Positions 56,527-58,833 of a DNA stretch of 58,833 nt are shown piece by piece. The position numbers were made by a program, and so were the translations under genes. Position 1 is the first letter of the stretch; every line of letters starts with the position of its first letter. This stretch comes from a virus (taxonomy: Duplodnaviria > Caudoviricetes). The notes under the pieces are model-generated. The model saw only the letters and a list, made by a program, of their open reading frames with translations, searched no databases and had not been told where the DNA came from. The DNA is taken from positions 1 through 58,833 of the IMG/VR virus record IMGVR_UViG_3300021373_001106; one strand, written 5' to 3'.

Positions 56527-56674
56527 CTTCTTTCATTTTTTCAATTGCTTCATCATACCCTGGCATTAATTTAACTGTCTTCTCAGTAGCAAGTGATAAT
56601 GTAATTAAATGCTGCACAGCAGCATTTAGTGATTTTATTTGATTCTGCATCAAAAGCAGTCTGTTTTCTTTCAT
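56510..56674 (-). CDS. 54-aa coiled-coil peptide (not in ORF track)
   Basis: MKENRLLLMQNQIKSL...MPGYDEAIEKMKE; ATGA coupling. Confidence 0.6.
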   Translation of the reverse strand: MKENRLLLMQNQIKSLNAAVQHLITLSLATEKTVKLMPGYDEAIEKMKEDEADK

Positions 56675-56826
56675 AGTCTGTAAGTTATACCAAATGCCAC
56701 AAAGAATCCTCCGGAAGCTATTGCCATTGTGTTTGGATTAAAATCTAGTTTTTGTTTGTGCCACACCATACTAGCTGCACCGGTAGTCATTAAACTTAAG
56801 CCACCTATTATTGCTAATCTTCTCAT
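56671..56826 (-). CDS. 51-aa membrane peptide (not in ORF track)
   Basis: Two hydrophobic segments: MRRLAIIGGLSLMTTGAASMVW and MAIASGGFFVAFGITYRL. Confidence 0.6.
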   Translation of the reverse strand: MRRLAIIGGLSLMTTGAASMVWHKQKLDFNPNTMAIASGGFFVAFGITYRL

Positions 56827-56835
56827 TTTAGTTTA

Positions 56836-57054
56836 CTATGATTCATATATTGCGTTTATTATATTTTTAAGATGTACATTTGTCATTGCGATTTGTGAAG
56901 TAGCTTCAAAACTATCTTCATATGCTTTTAATTTAATTGCTAAATCAAAAATTTCAGCATAAGACAATTGCATATCTTCTTTTCTAAAATAATTGCTAAG
57001 GTCTTCAAATGTTGAAAAAACTTCATCTGCAATTGGTGAAAAATTATCTTCCAT
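56836..57054 (-). CDS. Hypothetical acidic protein
   Basis: 72 aa directly after groEL. Confidence 0.6.
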   Translation of the reverse strand: MEDNFSPIADEVFSTFEDLSNYFRKEDMQLSYAEIFDLAIKLKAYEDSFEATSQIAMTNVHLKNIINAIYES

Positions 57055-57055
57055 T

Positions 57056-58645
57056 TTATTTTATTTCTCGTGCCATTGTAATTATGGCGTTAGTACTTAA
57101 TATTGTTGTTGCTACCGATACTGCGTTTTTAAGTGCGTTCTTCGTTACCTTAAGGGGGTCCAATATCCCCATCTTGTACATATCTCCAAACATACCATCC
57201 TTTACATCGTAACCCATTTTTGATTCTGAGTTACTTACCAGTCCCTCTATCTCCATAATGTCACCTTCAGACAGCCCAGCATTCATCATAATAGTTCTAA
57301 GGGGAGCCTTCATCGATTCAGACAGGTTCTCTCCCGCCAACTGATCCTCTCCATCCAACAGTTTGTGACCTTCTCTCCATAATGTTACACCTCCTCCAGG
57401 AAGTATACCTTCATCCAATGCTGAACGAACTGCACACACCGCATCATCTACCCTGTCGTACTTCTCCTTCTGCTCAATGTCTGAGTTGCCTCCTACATAT
57501 ATTACACCAATCGCTCCGTTCAAGCAAGCTATACGCTCACTCATAAACACAACCTCGTTCTTGTCCTTGGTATTATCCTTCTGAACCTTTAACTCTTTTA
57601 CCCTCTCTTTAATGATAGCCTCGTCACCGTGACCTCCTATCATAATAGTTTCTTCCCTGCCTGCTATCACTTTATCAATCTTACCCAAATCCTCCATTCT
57701 AATTAGGTTGAGGTCATCACCAGTCTCTTCAGCGAAATACTTCCCTCCTGTAGCTACCGCAATATCGTTCATCAGCTCGTGACGCTTGTAACCAAACTGT
57801 GGTGGCTCAATCTGACAAAGCTTCAATCCGTTTCTCACCACGTTGGCCGACAATGTATTCATCACATTGGCACTGCACGAAGCAATGATCAGTAGTTTGT
57901 GTCCACCATTGATAATTGGCTTTAGTACGTTCTCAATCTGCAGTACGTTACTAATGACGTGGTCCGACAACAGCACATAGCAATCGTCTAATATGCACTC
58001 GTCTTTCTTCTGGTTATTAACAAAAGAGTTGGCACCCCACCCCCTCTTAAGCTGAATACCTTTATGAACCTCACTAAAAGTTTGGTCATTCTGAGAATTC
58101 TCTACCGTAACCACGCCATCAGTACCTACCTCTAAATAAGTATCTGCAATTATTTTACCAAGCTCTTTATCGTTGTTGGCCGATATAGTAGCCACGTCTA
58201 ACAAACCTCTCTTAGAAAGCTTCTTTGAAGTTGTCTCTAGGTTCTGAATAACTCTTCTAGTGTATTCATTAATAGACTTAATATATTTATTAGAGCTAAT
58301 GTTATTTTCAGCCAAATGTTTGAGACCTTCTTTGACTATTGCTTCCGCCAAAACAATGGCTGTAGTCGTTCCGTCACCTGCTATGTTCGCAGTGTTCTGA
58401 GAAGACTCCCTCATCATCTGAACCGCAAGGTTCTCCACTGGGTCAAGTAATTGTACAGCCTTTGCTACCGTAACGCCATCTTTAGTAACTGTTATTCCGT
58501 GTGTATGTGCAGGAGATTCAATAACTACTGTATTGCCGCCTGGACCTAGCGTGCTCTTAACTGCTTCGCTAATTTTTTTGATACCAGCCTTTAGCTTGGT
58601 TCGAGCCTCATCGTGTAAGACGAGCTCTTTTGGAGTGTATGACAT
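57056..58645 (-). CDS. groEL: Chaperonin GroEL (phage-encoded)
   Basis: TLGPGG, TKDGVTVAK, AGDGTTTA, ATISAN, DRVDDA, GILPGGG, GILDPLKV. Confidence 0.97.
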   Translation of the reverse strand: MSYTPKELVLHDEARTKLKAGIKKISEAVKSTLGPGGNTVVIESPAHTHGITVTKDGVTVAKAVQLLDPVENLAVQMMRESSQNTANIAGDGTTTAIVLAEAIVKEGLKHLAENNISSNKYIKSINEYTRRVIQNLETTSKKLSKRGLLDVATISANNDKELGKIIADTYLEVGTDGVVTVENSQNDQTFSEVHKGIQLKRGWGANSFVNNQKKDECILDDCYVLLSDHVISNVLQIENVLKPIINGGHKLLIIASCSANVMNTLSANVVRNGLKLCQIEPPQFGYKRHELMNDIAVATGGKYFAEETGDDLNLIRMEDLGKIDKVIAGREETIMIGGHGDEAIIKERVKELKVQKDNTKDKNEVVFMSERIACLNGAIGVIYVGGNSDIEQKEKYDRVDDAVCAVRSALDEGILPGGGVTLWREGHKLLDGEDQLAGENLSESMKAPLRTIMMNAGLSEGDIMEIEGLVSNSESKMGYDVKDGMFGDMYKMGILDPLKVTKNALKNAVSVATTILSTNAIITMAREIK

Positions 58646-58661
58646 TTGATTAAATTTTATC

Positions 58662-58669
58662 CAAATATA
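58662..58669 (-). promoter_or_regulatory. Bacteroidota -7 box TATATTTG upstream of groEL
   Basis: TAnnTTTG 16 nt upstream of the ATG. Confidence 0.6.
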
Positions 58670-58714
58670 TAAAATATTTTAAGCCACACAAATAAACTAC
58701 AATAAAAACTTATC

Positions 58715-58833
58715 CTGACGGTTTTGACGAAAATTGTCGTCAAATTTATTTTATATATATTTCTTCTTTATATTTTTTTTTTTTTTTTAATAAAATAGTG
58801 TAAAAACCGTCAAAACAGTTAAATTATTTGATA
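58715..58833. repeat. TGACG/CGTCA motifs, AT-rich tract and right terminal repeat copy
   Basis: CTGACGGTTTTGACG, TTGACGA-N6-TCGTCAA, poly-T tract, then 58783-58833 matching 1-51. Confidence 0.75.

Noticed and set aside
26237-57212. Short alternative-frame or antisense ORFs in the structural arm (e.g. 26237, 26645, 29536, 32115, 33897, 39617, 47116, 47324, 50263, 52248, 52712, 54542, 54861, 55428, 55737, 56000, 56729, 57009)
   Set aside because: They overlap better-supported genes and lack motifs or coupling
1-58833. Stop-codon reassignment as seen in some Bacteroidota phages
   Set aside because: Long genes are intact in the standard code, and TAA, TAG and TGA all terminate coupled genes
1-58833. 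Prophage or integrated element; tRNA genes
   Set aside because: No integrase, att sites or host flanks, and no cloverleaf recognised by eye; groEL is embedded among phage genes and divergent from the cellular type

Overview
The window is an apparently complete, AT-rich dsDNA tailed-phage genome of about 58.8 kb; its first and last 51 bp are near-identical (47/51). It most likely infects Bacteroidota/Flavobacteriia: intergenic TAnnTTTG -7 promoter boxes, A-rich initiation regions without Shine-Dalgarno sites, and a BT4734/VirE-type primase. The + arm (about 0.67-15.0 kb) holds early small ORFs, a GP88-like protein, two cytosine MTase-like genes, a DnaA-domain-IV-like protein, ERF plus exonuclease, primase-helicase, an SF2 helicase, Nmad1/DUF1599 and VRR-NUC. 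The - arm (58.6 to 15.0 kb) holds GroEL, GroES, an array of tiny coupled mostly basic ORFs, three LamG-repeat appendage proteins, lysis genes, a tandem double-GroES protein, terminase, portal, scaffold, major capsid, podovirus-like tail/stabilisation proteins and large internal virion proteins. I saw no DNA/RNA polymerase, integrase, tRNA, CRISPR array or reverse transcriptase. Most notable: (1) a three-part chaperonin system (GroEL + GroES + Cpn20-like tandem GroES in the packaging operon); (2) a TGACG/CGTCA motif network linking the genome-end region, the primase leader and the early promoters; (3) a repeat-bounded domain cassette inside the 2145-aa virion protein; (4) a hidden 37-aa peptide resembling the ribonucleotide reductase C-terminal CxxC tail; (5) a microprotein array largely missed by the ORF track; (6) apparent genome-wide CATG avoidance. 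All family calls come from motif recognition by eye, without database searches.
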